Source: Chrysomallon squamiferum (lineage: Eukaryota > Animalia > Mollusca). From it: 64,000 nt of DNA. The stretch is from contig CM022679.1 in assembly GCA_012295275.1 (NCBI GenBank), positions 11,718,001 to 11,782,000 on the forward strand. The letters are read 5' to 3'. Shown piece by piece: positions 27,871 through 41,217 of this stretch. Position 1 is the stretch's first letter. The number at the start of each line of letters is the position of its first letter. The translations under genes were made by a program, and so were the position numbers. The notes beneath the pieces are model-generated. The model made no database searches and was not told where the DNA came from. It saw nothing but the letters and a program-made list of their open reading frames with translations.

Positions 27871-29782
27871 TAAATGCTTATCTGTCACAACTGTCCAGTT
27901 TGTTATGACTGCGAAACAGCTCTGACAGAATGCTGGCCCGTCTGAGAGCTTTCACCTGTGTTGTTGTCAACAAGTTAGTTTTTAATCACAAACATAACAT
28001 ATATCTGTCAGCGTTTACAACATGTTGATGTATATTTTCAATACCGGCACGGTTAAAATATATTTAATATATATACATCCACGTGTATTTTTTTTTTTAT
28101 TCCCACACTTTTGTAAATGCAGGCATACATCCTTGCAAATCTATACATATAATTAATAGTTTGGGAAATTTCATTTTTCTCTGCAGGCCCGTTTCGATCG
28201 TTTCTTATCATACCAGCCAATATATATCGTATTTTATTAATTTTCTAATAGTAAAACGTTAAACGGAATCTATTAATATCTGAACCTCTACATTAGCAAA
28301 TGTTTGAAAATAATACCAAATACATAGCAGGTATATATTTAAGTTGTTTGTTATTACATTATATCAAGAAACACAGAGAAATAAGCCTATCTGTTTGATT
28401 ATTTGATTTGTGACAGTTACTAAAAGAGAAAAGACCACATGAATTCAAACTGTTTCTGACTGGTAGTTATGTCGATTCAAGTAGTCATTGTTTACCAATA
28501 GTCTGAGTAACCAACCAGCAGTTTATTTTAGGGAACAATTCATACAATTGAACATTCATTAACAAACAAAACATCAATTTTGTTCTTGTTTGCAAACAAT
28601 TGCTAAAACTGGAGATTTAACCTCCTTGTGGGAACAGCAGAATTATATTTCATCTTATTTGCCTTAAATCTGCGACGAAGAGTTGACACCAGCTGAAAAA
28701 TAAAATTCATTTGAAATTAGTACGTTTTGTTGCATTATCCAGTTTAAAAGGCAGAAAAGTATCATTTCGATCAGGTACGAATTATGAGAAAATTATTTTT
28801 GATCTGTATGTATATCTTATTTTTGAAAATGTATTTATATAAACTATATTTTAAAAAATTATTATCATTATAATTATTATTATTTAATATATATATATAT
28901 ATTTGTTTTTACCGTGTAATATGTTAATCACTTACTCAGTCTTTTATTACCTCCTTTAAAATGTTTGAGAAATTGTTTTTTGTCGTTTTTACATGCATTA
29001 GGGAATCAGCCTTTGTAGTTAATTTGTCATTGCTATAGGCGCTGGCAATGCACTATACAAGATGTAAATTTTCCAATTTTGTAAGAAAATATTAACATAC
29101 CATATATGATAGGGAAGAGTCATCATTATCATGCATCATATCTTTTACTGCATCCTGTCGACATTTTAGTTATAGTCTTATCAGTTAAAACAGCCATAAA
29201 ATCGGATTATTAAGCTATAACCAAATCAAATGAATATTATTAACCTTGATGATAAATTGAACTGATACATGTCTGTGATAATTATCTGAAATGAAATGTA
29301 TAAGCTGTATAAAACATATATGAAGCATACTGACACAACCAAACTGCTGAAAAAGCTTCATAAGTAAAACTTTATAAAAAATTGATTTAGACATTAACAC
29401 GGCCATCTGGTTAAACTCATATATGATTTAAAAAAGAAATAATAATAAAAGTGAATAAATCAAACAACAAAAATAACATTAAGATTACGATGATAATGAT
29501 AATAATCAAAAAGGAAAAACGTGTAAGTCAGTGCTTTAACGTAACTGGTTGGAAATTCTGTGAATGTTTATTAACTTGTGTGTGAATCGAGAAAGTCTGG
29601 TAGGTTTGAAATAAGATTCGCAACAAAAAAATAAAAAAACTCGAAATAAAGGGAAGCAATTCTTATTTCATAAAAGAATTTGCCTTGGAACAAGTTACTT
29701 ACCTTTATATAAAAAAATATTATTTATTTATTTATTTATGAATTATTTGTACAATCAAACGGAAATACCGCATAATTTTTTC

Positions 29783-29785
<3 letters not shown>

Positions 29786-29845
<60 letters not shown>
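29786..29845. repeat. (GA)n microsatellite
   Basis: Direct reading. Confidence 0.97.
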
Positions 29846-29848
<3 letters not shown>

Positions 29849-30905
29849 TATTAAAATATGTCAAGCTACCGTTAAACAATCATTCCTTACACAGAGATTA
29901 ATTAATTACAGTTCAGAAATAAACTAATTTATTTTCCCACTAGGTTAAAGTTATTTTATGAGGATTATTAACATATTATGATTATTTTAAAAAATCTTTC
30001 TGTACATATAGGAACAACAACAACAACAACAACAACAAAAGACAACTCCCCAACATTTAACCAGGACTATTTAGCGTAAAATATTTTAGTGATGTCGTAT
30101 ATAGTATTTACTTTAATCAAACGTGCTAGGGCCACACAAGCGATCTTTTATCTGCGCATAATCCATGTGTAATTTTATGGTTCCATTATTGTCGTGTACT
30201 TTGTATGATTGGAGAATTTACAGTTTAACTGTGAATTATTCAATACGCTAATCATAAGCGACGGGCATTGTTATTATTTTTATTTTTTTATTTGTTTGTT
30301 TGTTAGTTATTTTTTAAAATACATACAGACGACAACCAGGTTATTGGCTATTTCAGATTATCTATTATTATTAAGAATAAAATAAAACGGATGATTTTAT
30401 GCAGGGAAAAAAAAAAAAAAAAAGACAACCAACAAATAGTTATTAAAAAAACCCACATAAAAAAGTCTCATTAACATTTTATCAAAAAAAAAAAAAAGCT
30501 GAATTATTTCCCATCTAATAAAATCACTTTCATTTTTGATAGTCTTTGCATAGTTTAATATAGAAGTCTTTTCAAATGATCAGCTTTTGTGGGAAAGCGT
30601 CACCGAGTCGGAAACATTCTGTTAATCTATTTTCTAAATGTTATTTTCAGCTGTCATTTATCGCTGTTGTCTCTTGCGTCAGTGAGTCAAAGACTGATGA
30701 AATTGTTATTAGGTAATATCCAGCGAACGAATGTAACAACATCTTGGAAGTTATAGAAGACGGCAGAGTAATTACTGTTCATTCTCAAAAGACTGAAACG
30801 AATATACGTGAGGGCAGATCATTAAAGAATGTTAAAGTAAGGATAAATTCTGATATTTAAATGTAATTAATAGGAATATATACACACACACACATACACA
30901 CATGT

Positions 30906-30909
<4 letters not shown>

Positions 30910-30984
<75 letters not shown>

Positions 30985-30991
30985 AGAGAGA
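30910..30991. repeat. (GA)n microsatellite
   Basis: Direct reading. Confidence 0.97.
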
Positions 30992-31828
30992 TTAATCAAT
31001 AAAACAACAACAAATTGATAAGAGTATTTTAATACTACAGTGGTATGTTATAATGTCATTAACACGTATTTGGTCGAAGTAATGACAATGTTATCTCAAT
31101 TAAAATATCATCTAAAATGCCACCATAATTCTGCACAAACGGCTATTTCATATATTTTGTCCCCATTTGCTCGCATTTTCCTTGAGAGAAACTGTATCGC
31201 AGTTTATATTAGTTTTTTACTCGTTGAATTCCATTTACTTCTTCTCCAAATAAATAGTCTTAATACATTTTGTACACCGTCAGATGGTTGTTGTTTTTTC
31301 ACCAGTGACATCAAACTTCGTTAATACTAGTCTCACAATAATAATAATAAAAAAGTTCAAAAGGAAACATGGAGAATGACATTTGTACGTCGTTCCGAGA
31401 AACAAATCTTCGGTAGTGGTAGAAAGAATACATCAATTCTTTAATGATTTACTCAGTTTGTTCGCATTTTTTTTTTTTTTTTTTTTGTTGTTGTTGAATT
31501 TTTTAATATATTCTGTAGAAATGATGTGACGAAAAAAATAAATATGGTAATATGTACTTTAAATTTTGTCATGATTTCTCATCATTATCTTAATTATGTA
31601 CATTTTAATAACATATGACAATTTACTTTCTTTACAGTAAATAAATATGCTAGTAGGATTCGAATCACCAAAATCAGTGTAAATAATAATTTTATATCTT
31701 GAAACAGGAGAAACTGAAGAATCACCGATGATCTCATACAATACGTATCTCAGTTCGTATTGAAATGGTTTAAAGAAAGATATCTTTTGTTGAGATAATA
31801 CTCATAGTCAAACATTAATGCTTGTTGA

Positions 31829-31902
31829 TTAAAGCAAACTATCCTCTTCACCGGAAAGTTCTTCTGAAGAGTGCACCGTGGCGCCGCGAGATTCTTCTGG
31901 AT
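31829..31902 (-). CDS. Exon 3 (terminal coding exon) of the same gene
   Basis: Acceptor ctattttttccag at 31903. The phase-1 reading is (D)PEESRGATVHSSEELSGEEDSLL* with TAA at 31831-31829. It is a GC-rich island in AT-rich flanks, and its acidic composition continues that of exon 2. Confidence 0.7.
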
Positions 31903-32497
31903 CTGGAAAAAATAGCAAAGATATATGGAAATGTGTACTATCTTAAATATTCATGTACTCCCTGAATATACATGCACATATTCAAAATCGAAATGACTAA
32001 TCATTGAAAACTAGTTATATTACAAAACGGAGATTTATACAGATATATTCAGAACTAACTGATTTGTTTATTTTTATGCTAAAGACACGGTAAAGGCTGT
32101 TTCTTGTTTTTCTCTCTCAATTTACGGTTAAAAGTTCAAGTACTTTATCTTATCGCAGTGTTATACGTTTATTGTTCGCTGATCGTCTCTTGGGGAAAAC
32201 ACAGCCTATGTGTGGGTTCTCTGACCATGCCCGTGTCAGGTTATTATGAACAAAAGTCGTGCATTAGTTCTTAGTAACCTTCGCCTCAATGTCACAATGA
32301 CAATTAAATATCTTTATATTTACTGTTTGACAGTCTACCACACTGATTTTCTTAATGGCTTTCCAAAGGGCATAAAAAAATAGCGTTGCTTCAAGGTTAT
32401 ACAAATTAATTGTGTTTTGTGTAAGCCACATGTGGATTACCCAAATCACTGATCGATTCTGAGATCTTCAGAATGATTAATAATTGAATTTACATGC

Positions 32498-32623
32498 CTA
32501 ATTCACTGTCGCTTTCGCCATCCGTATCGTCACTTCCGCTTTCATCGTTAATTTCATCGTTAACCCAGCACGTCTTCCGGTGCTCAACAGGTTTGTAAGT
32601 TATGACTTTTGTTCCTGTGGTAT
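32498..32623 (-). CDS. Exon 2 of the same uncharacterised gene (acidic linker)
   Basis: Acceptor tttttatttcag at 32624. The 126-nt phase 1-1 exon reads (D)TTGTKVITYKPVEHRKTCWVNDEINDESGSDDTDGESDSEL and is GC/CpG-richer than its flanks. It is phase-compatible with exon 1, and the likely donor is TAG|GCATGT (GC type). Confidence 0.7.
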
Positions 32624-33824
32624 CTGAAATAAAAAATAGACATTTCTTCAGATAACATTATTTTCTTGACATCACCTTAACAACAACAACAACAACAACA
32701 TTTTTTCAAATTTATTATTTATTTTTGTTTCAGTATATTTATGAGTCACGTTTGTATGTTATTTAATTAGCAGATCGTAATATATTTTAAACGCGTTCGT
32801 ATATATGAGCACATTATATGTAATTATGCATGTACATACGTTCATAATACACGTTTTGAATATACACATGTACATTACTGTGGGTACACACGTTTATGTA
32901 CATGTCTGAATAATGTATTCAAAAGAAGTGCATTGTAAAATGATTGTTAGCTTGCAAATAAATTTGCTGTAAAGTCAAGTTAATTTAATTTAATTTTATA
33001 AATTGTAAACTCATTTTTATTCAGTAAAGTGTCAACTGAAAAACTGCAGACACAGTCATTTTAAGTAATAACAGCTGAGAGAAACACAAATCAAAGGAAG
33101 AAAGAAACAAAGCAAAGCAAATTAAAAAAAAAAAAAAAAAAAAAAAGAGAAAACGAGTAATGAGGGGAAAAAAATCCTGTCAGTGTTTTGTTTAATGATA
33201 ATAATGTGTGGAAAATGTGTATATTGTTGGACGAGACTTTAAATAATGTATTTTCCTCTGTACATCCTTTATGTTATTTTTCATTCCAGACAAACGACTG
33301 TGAAACAAATGTATTTAATGTGCTTTTAGTTTGGCTTTAAAGTAGATTACAGCTTACAATTTGGCTGCATCAGTTTCCTCTTTCGCTTTGTCATTTTATT
33401 TTAAACGTGCTGATAAAGAAAATAATTCTTGTTTATCGATAATTGTTTTATGTCATTCCTGTCCTAAAAGAGTTATGCAATGTCTGATAAGATCCAACAG
33501 GTTCATGAACCAATATTATTACTAAATAAAAGACAATGAAATATAAATTGGTCATCCGTTCACTGATAACTTGAGTACAACTCAAGAGGCAACTGACATA
33601 TCAGTTAAAATAAGAATGAAAAACTTGAATTAAGAGGTCTTGTCTTTTGCTGCATCAGAGAGGACGTTTTGTCAGTGTAGATAAGCAGGGAAAGAGTAAA
33701 TTCAATTAACTTTCACTATGGCACGATATTATCAGAATTTCTAATAAATAAGAAGGGTCAATGTTCACAACGAATTGAATAATTTCAGAAATAAATTATT
33801 ATTCAAGAAATATTTATTTTTATT

Positions 33825-33955
33825 AATATTATCATCGTCGTCTTCATCATCATCATCATCACCATTATTTCTTTGTTTATACATTTATTTATTATTATTA
33901 TTATTCATCATCATTATCATTATCATTATCATTATCATCATCATCATCATCATCA

Positions 33956-33995
<40 letters not shown>
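33825..33995. repeat. Compound (ATC)n/(ATT)n repeat
   Basis: Direct reading. Confidence 0.9.
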
Positions 33996-34512
33996 GGTCC
34001 CGGAAATCCGGCAGCATTATAGGATTCCGGATATAGTTCAATTCTCCAACGCGTAAATTTCCACTGAAGCAGGATGATGGAATTCCTTGTAGTTGGATGA
34101 AATTAATTCTGTCAAAAACAAAATTTGTTGTTTGAATTGAGGGCAGACCAAACTGATGGATCGTTCTCAACAAATAGATTACCAAGTTAAGAAACATTGA
34201 CACTCAAAAACTGGGTGATAAGGTTGCCAGTGTTATCCCTCTGACAATTAATTGACATCTGCGTGAATTACCAGTCTACTGTACAGACAGTTTTAATTAA
34301 TGTAATTCAGGAGAACAGTCTGTAACTCGAATCAATACCGTATACAATGCTCATATATTAAGGTCTAAGCAAATCAGAATAAAACCGTCAACACTGAAAC
34401 ATAAATAAATTGTTTGTCAACATGCCCTACAGTGATACATTTGTACTCTCATATACTTATTGCCATATTAAAAAGAACTACATTCATAACTTGTCATAGA
34501 TGTAAAGGAATA

Positions 34513-34544
<32 letters not shown>

Positions 34545-35160
34545 TCGGAAAATACAAATGCCTAGTACTAATATGCTGAGTTCAAGGATCCAGTCATGTT
34601 TTTATTAATTTGTTACTCTATATTCTGACTGCGACAGGATGAGATGTAGAAAAAAAAAAAAAACAACCCAGTTTTGTCTGTACTAATTATCACTATGGAA
34701 ACTTAGGGTCACAAGGGAGGAAAGTATGCTATGCACTCACTAATAACATGAGTTAACATCGACCACATTGTTTGCAGACTGAGGTTGTTAATTAATACCA
34801 TTTCTCTATGGATGGTTTCTTTGAATTTGGATTAGACTAAGTGAAAGACTACAAATTAAATTTTATATTCACATTATGAAATATGTATTGACAATGTTTA
34901 AATTATAATCCTCTTTACAGTCATTAAAACAAAAAATTCCCGGTGACCATACTTTAATTTTACTTCCTAAAGGAATATTTTTATTTCAAAATTATTCATA
35001 GCCGTTGGGTGAATGCTAGCATTAAATAAATGAAATTAATTTTTAACCCTGACTAGGTTTAATGGTTTACAGATATCTTAATCTATTTTGACTAAAACAT
35101 AGGTCAGGCCAAAATATTGTGGCTGCTGTGTATTTTCAACATTATTAAAATTAATGAACG

Positions 35161-35198
<38 letters not shown>

Positions 35199-36146
35199 TG
35201 TTGTAAACGAAATCTTAATGAATACGTATTAAATACAGTTATTAATTATTTTTTTTTTTTTTTTTTTTTGGACAGACTGGATTATTTATATATAGTCCGT
35301 TATTTCTTCGATATTATTGAAGTTTATTTTAATTGTCGATTGTGTCTGTATCCTTAATAATAATTTTACTTTTAATATCAAAGTATATATATAATAGCCA
35401 ATAGGTAAACGGGAGAAATAATGGTTTAAGATGAACGCATACTATTATAATGTATTTCATTTTATTTCAATGTTAGTTTATACATTCAGATGAAAACAGT
35501 TTAAATTTAAATATACTGTTATATCCTTCTCTCTGTCACTTTCGCCTTACTATTGTTATAAAATAGTTTAAAGATTATATTTAACAAAGGACAGTGTGTT
35601 TATATATGAGAGGAACAACCTCAGAGCATTATTATTTAACAATATTCTTGTTGGTTTCATTACCTGGAAACGTCAATCTCGCTAAATAATAGTCTCGTTA
35701 CTAATTCTAGTATTGCCTTTTCTTTCGTTCCATGAACAAATGTTCTGTACGCATGCATGAACTGCATGATTGGAAGAACCATCAATAAACATGTGCGCAT
35801 TAGCTCACCATTATTGTTGTTGGCACTTCTAACGCAATTGCCAACGAATGTTCTGTGTTCTGTAATAGGTTATCCACCAGCGAAGCGGTCATCCGCGAAT
35901 AATCAGAGTTCTTCGACTCTTGCCATACTTCGGTGCTGAGTATTGAATGTATAGAAATATCAAACCCAAGTGGGATAAACCGTGGCGTCGAGGGTTGATG
36001 CGCCAGTAGTGAAAGAAATGAAGATTTAATCTGATTTCACTTTCTTTGCTAAGTCCACATAGAAACGTGGCTTTCGCCTGAATGCCACATCCGGAAGAAA
36101 AAAAAAAAAAAAAAAAAGCTTGAGGAAGAAGAAAAAGCTTTTCGCT

Positions 36147-36178
<32 letters not shown>

Positions 36179-37904
36179 GTTGAAAGAACTACACAAGCCT
36201 CAGAGAAATTATTAAAGTATTTTTTATTTGTTTTTAAATATATTATTCTTTCCTTTTATCACGCATAGACATGAATATTCAAACATTGAATGTTTATTGC
36301 TTTTATATTAAGTAATCGGAATAAAATGAAGATGATCGAGAATACATTTTTATCTTTTAGTTTTTGTATGATGAATGTGCTGATTGTAATTCATCTACTT
36401 ATTTAATTTGATTCTTTTACTAACACATTTTTTATGCTTTATAATGCATTTCTAAATTTATACGTAATTACTTTCAATTTAAAAAAAAAATCAAAACAAA
36501 GAAACCAAATATTGAAATTTTATTAATAAATACATTTATATTTGTGAATATTGATATAACGATTACTGACACTTCAGTCCATTAGTTATTAGAAATAAGA
36601 AGATTCGGTCATGAATGTCTTTTATACACTGTAGAGGAGTTTGTGTTAACTGCTTGGAACAGTGAGTGTTAGGAGATTACGCTGACTGACATAATGAATT
36701 TAACCGGTAATTAAACTCGATGTCAGCTCTGCCAATGCGAGTTTATCGACGTTTTCATTATTATCTATCCGGTATTCAAACTTTCAACAGTATTATGGCT
36801 CTTCGTAAAATGGACTGCAACTAACAAATATGAAAATATAGAAATATAATTTGTTTAATTTTTGTGTTTGTTTTTTTCCGACTATAAACATTTAAGTGTG
36901 AAGTCTGAAAGTTTTGAAAGAGCATCACCTTTTATCAGAAAGTCTTTATTGCTATCTTTACCCAAGTGCTCTAAACAGTTAATGTACTAACAGAAGACAG
37001 TTAATATATTGATATTCCCTCTCGGCGAATTATTTAAGAACATAATATAATTGCATTAATGTGGTTTATGTCCATTAGTCATACGTGCGAACAGTCACAT
37101 GGTCAGTGAGGCAGTCATGTGGAATACTGGGCTATGTACACCCAGGCTTAACAGGACTGCTCCAGAGCAGAGTTGTTTGATGGAGGAGTGTTTTAGTTAC
37201 TAATGAATGAGTGTTTTATCATGTGTTGTAACAATCTGTAATCACTTATATATGTATTCGTAAACATATATGTGCTTTTATATGAATATTATTTTCAATA
37301 ATATGAGATATCCTGAATCCGCTATTTAGATACTATTAAATATATTAACTCAGATCGAATGACGAAATTGATCAAAATGTCCGTAAATTTCAATACAATT
37401 TCAATAAAATAAATATAATCTTATTATGTTTTTCTTTCTAATCTTTCTGTTTTCGACCATATCGTCATTACTTTATGTAACACGGCAGTTACTATGTGAA
37501 TAGTGGGTGTAGCCAGCGTTTAACGTTGTTCCTTTAAACTGTTTAACCACTGGCAGGAGTAATTATCGGAAGGTTAAGATTAATCTTGATTATAACAAAG
37601 TGTTAAATCAGGCAAACAGATTCTAGTCCTTTAAATTAAAACCACTGAAACATGAAATGCACACCAACACTTTAATAAGAAACTCCGAGTTTAAATAATC
37701 ACGTATCCAGTGAAGGGCGCGTCTGGTTTAATATATTTTTTGCAGACCCAATTGGACTTTTAAAAAAATTAGAAAAATGAAACAGATTTCATAATGAAAG
37801 TTTTTAATGAATTCCTCTAATTAACTGGTTCTAAACGATGACAAAAAAACTTGAAAAATGTGTTTATCAAGAGTCTCTATAATATATTTGGCTTTTTTAG
37901 TTTC

Positions 37905-37939
<35 letters not shown>

Positions 37940-38589
37940 TGTATTTCACGTATTTTATTTCTGTTTTTGTTTCTGTTTTTTCTGTCATTTCAGAGCATAT
38001 CAGTAGCGCAATGATTAGATAAAGGAATTTTACAAAAGAGTCCCCTGTAACGTAGAGATATCTGCTTTTTTTTTCTCAAACTCATATTCTAATTTTATTC
38101 CATAAAACCTATAGTGTGAACTTCTGTTAGATATAAGTTAAGTTTCCGATCGATGACAAGTTCATTCAATGTCAAAGTCAGCATGGCTACTTCGATGTAA
38201 AAACGATTCTACTCTTAGTAACCTGTTTGTATGACAGAGTGGTGTGTACTGGTACAAAGATGTCTGGCATATTTATCAGTCAATCAAAAAACTGTGTTTT
38301 ATAATTCTATATCGCCCCATGTCAGTAATTCAAATACAAGCTTTTGTCCTTTTCCATCGTTCCATATACAAAGATATGCATGCCCGAAAGAAGCATTAAT
38401 AAACTTCAATATATTAAACGTTCGCTACTCTAGAAGATTGTCCAGAAAATGTTATAAACATTACTTCATCATACTTCCTACAAATATTGTATAGATCATT
38501 CTGCCAGGATGGGATGCTATAGGCTTTTACTGTGAAAAGCATCTTCAAAACGTCCATTTTTTCCCGTCAGTTTATAATTAGTAAAATTT

Positions 38590-39286
38590 TGGATTCAAGC
38601 CATTTTTTCCATCACTTTTTAAAAATAATTAATAATATTTTAGATCCAAGCACATTTTTTTCAAGCCATTTTTCTAATAAATAATAAAATGATGAATCCA
38701 AACCTCTCTTTGTTGATTTGCCTGTGCCACTCTAATATTAAAACTGCGAACAACTCTCTCAAACATGTCTTTTGGAATTCTCCTTATTTCGCTTGTGATC
38801 TTTTGCTTATTTGACATATCCATTCAAATGGAAATGTGCCTCGTCTCTGAGACGGGGATTATTCTCGATCTGTTCGCTGATACTTTGGGAAAATTCATAG
38901 CGTTGTTGAGCCCGAAGAATTTGTATTTTGGATTGAAAGAGTCTCGGATCACCATGAATGAGTTTCATCACCTACTGCTGGAAATCCTCACTTCCTGTGA
39001 CAACCGTCTGGTGAACTGAATTTCCGTGGTTTTGTTATTGTTTATAAAATACCAGTATGTCTGAACTTCGGTCCAATTTTTTTTTATGATGGATTTTTCT
39101 CTTAAGGAATTCGCAACGAAACTGGCTCTGATTTTGTCGCGCAAAGTAAACTGTTTTTCAACATTCATCTTGGTGCCAGATGAAAGTTGTAGATAAATTC
39201 TACGACTAATTTGAAAATGAATTGAAAATATTTCACTGAAATATACAGATTTTTAAATGATGTCAGTTTTTCTGGGCCACTCTGTA
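38590..39286 (-). mobile_element. Decayed, internally deleted Tc1/mariner-superfamily DNA transposon
   Basis: The 5' end TA|CAGAGTGGCCCAGAAAAACTGACA at 39286-39261 has the form of a TA target plus TIR. Frameshifted transposase fragments are KFRHTG, RRLSQEV, KIQILRAQ..RYEFSQSISEQIENNP, DEAHFHLNGYV (38845-38813, first catalytic D) and the C-terminus ITSEIRRIPKDMFERVVRSFNIRVAQANQQREVWIHHFIIY*. Confidence 0.8.
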
Positions 39287-39842
39287 CAAGGCACTAATAG
39301 CCACACAGCCAATGAACATATACTATCAAGGAAATATTGAATTCTCATCCATTGTCTAAATTAACAAATGAACGTGATAGAACAGTTCGTTTCTTTATTT
39401 ATGTAGTTTAATAGAACCCAAGTAGAGAGTAAAATCGAGAGTACTAAATTCAAGTCTTAAACATTTAAAAGAATGCTTGTTATGTGCCAGATTTATTTCA
39501 GCGAGAATAGGAGAGAAGCTTGCAAGTAAATTCGATCTCCATCCAAGCCTCCTGCACTCATTATTAAAAACATACGTACATATATATTTTATATAGACTG
39601 AAATCTGTCTTCCAGTAAGTCAGTAGCATGCTATTTGTATCTGAAAAGATTTCGTTTCCTTTGGGACGAAAGAGATCGATCACCATGTCTGAGAACTGCA
39701 GGTCTATTACATTCAACGTTCAGAGTCTTATAAAATACAAAATTTTTAATTGTCAACTAGACAACTCACTGTAAAGAGGAACACTTTTTTTTTAAAAATT
39801 AGAATATATCGCTGTACATTTTATATTATTAAAATAACCTCA

Positions 39843-39896
<54 letters not shown>

Positions 39897-41186
39897 TGAT
39901 GATGATGTTGAAGAAAAAGAAAAAGAACAAGAAAGAACAAAAAAGAACAAGAACAAGAAAAACAATAAGACTGTGAAAATGAAATACATGGTAAATATAA
40001 TTTATAGAAAAAAACGCGGACGCAAATCACTCCAGAACAATAACAACAATAACAGTTTCAAAATGAAATACGTAGTAAATATAATTTACAGAAAAAAAAT
40101 GGGAGAGAAAATCACTCAGTTGTTAAATAACTTCCTATGTAAATTCTACAATGTTAAGAAACCATCACAAAACTAAATTTTATACAACGATTTATGAAAT
40201 ATAGTTCAACAAAACCCATTAATTTCTAGAGAGAAAAAGATTAAAAAAAAAAAAAAGAGAAAAAAGAATATCAATTTTTGTTAAATGTTAATACATAAAT
40301 GGATTTTTCATAATAGAAGCGCACATAAAAAAAAAAAAAAAAAATAATAATAAATAAATTTCCGCTGACGTTTTCTAAGCATAAATAAACAAAAACAAAA
40401 AAAAACAACATCATTTACAATATGATGCATGAAGGAAAAAAAGAAATAGTAAGGAACTAACGAGAAATAAACAAAAAGGGGAAAAAAAAGGAAAAGAAAT
40501 AAAAGAACAAAAACATAAATGAAATAATAATGATGATGATGATGATGATGATGATAATGATGATAATGATGAGGATGACAACGACGACAACGATGATGAT
40601 GATGATAATAACATAATAATAATTAAGTCACTCCTATCACTAAGCAGCAGAATATAATACTTTCTAATATGAAATAATTACCCAAATATTCCCAAAGTTC
40701 TGTTGCTAGCACCTTTGTTGACTGATCCAGTTCGCTGTTGAAAAACATCTTGAAGCAGTGGATTTACGTAACTCTGAGAAATGTTTACAAATGATTAAAT
40801 ACCGAATCTAATATTCTACGAATGGATAACTATAGAATGACTTTTAGTTTTCATATGGCATTGGTTTCATACTTTGAGTGGGAAGTTACCAGAATTAAAT
40901 CAATAGTGAAAATTAAAACAGAAAGAAAAAGAAGCATATCAGCATTAAAAATGAATATACAAAAAATTAAAATTAAAATCAAACGATATTGTATAAGATA
41001 TTCGAAAAGAAAGAATGAATGTTGAAAATATTGCTAAATAAACTTTTACTGTTCAATAGTGCAAAATCCTTTTGGATAGATAGGTTAAAATATTGCTCAA
41101 TGATCTTTGCTATTCAGAAAAATAAAAGGATATGGAATCTCTGCCTGGAAATATTGCTAAATAAAGTGATATTCTTTGAAAAACGA

Positions 41187-41217
<31 letters not shown>

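Noticed and set aside
41020-41180. CRISPR-like repeat-spacer interpretation of the regularly spaced motif
   Set aside because: Only three short, inexact AT-rich cores in an animal intron, with no cas genes.
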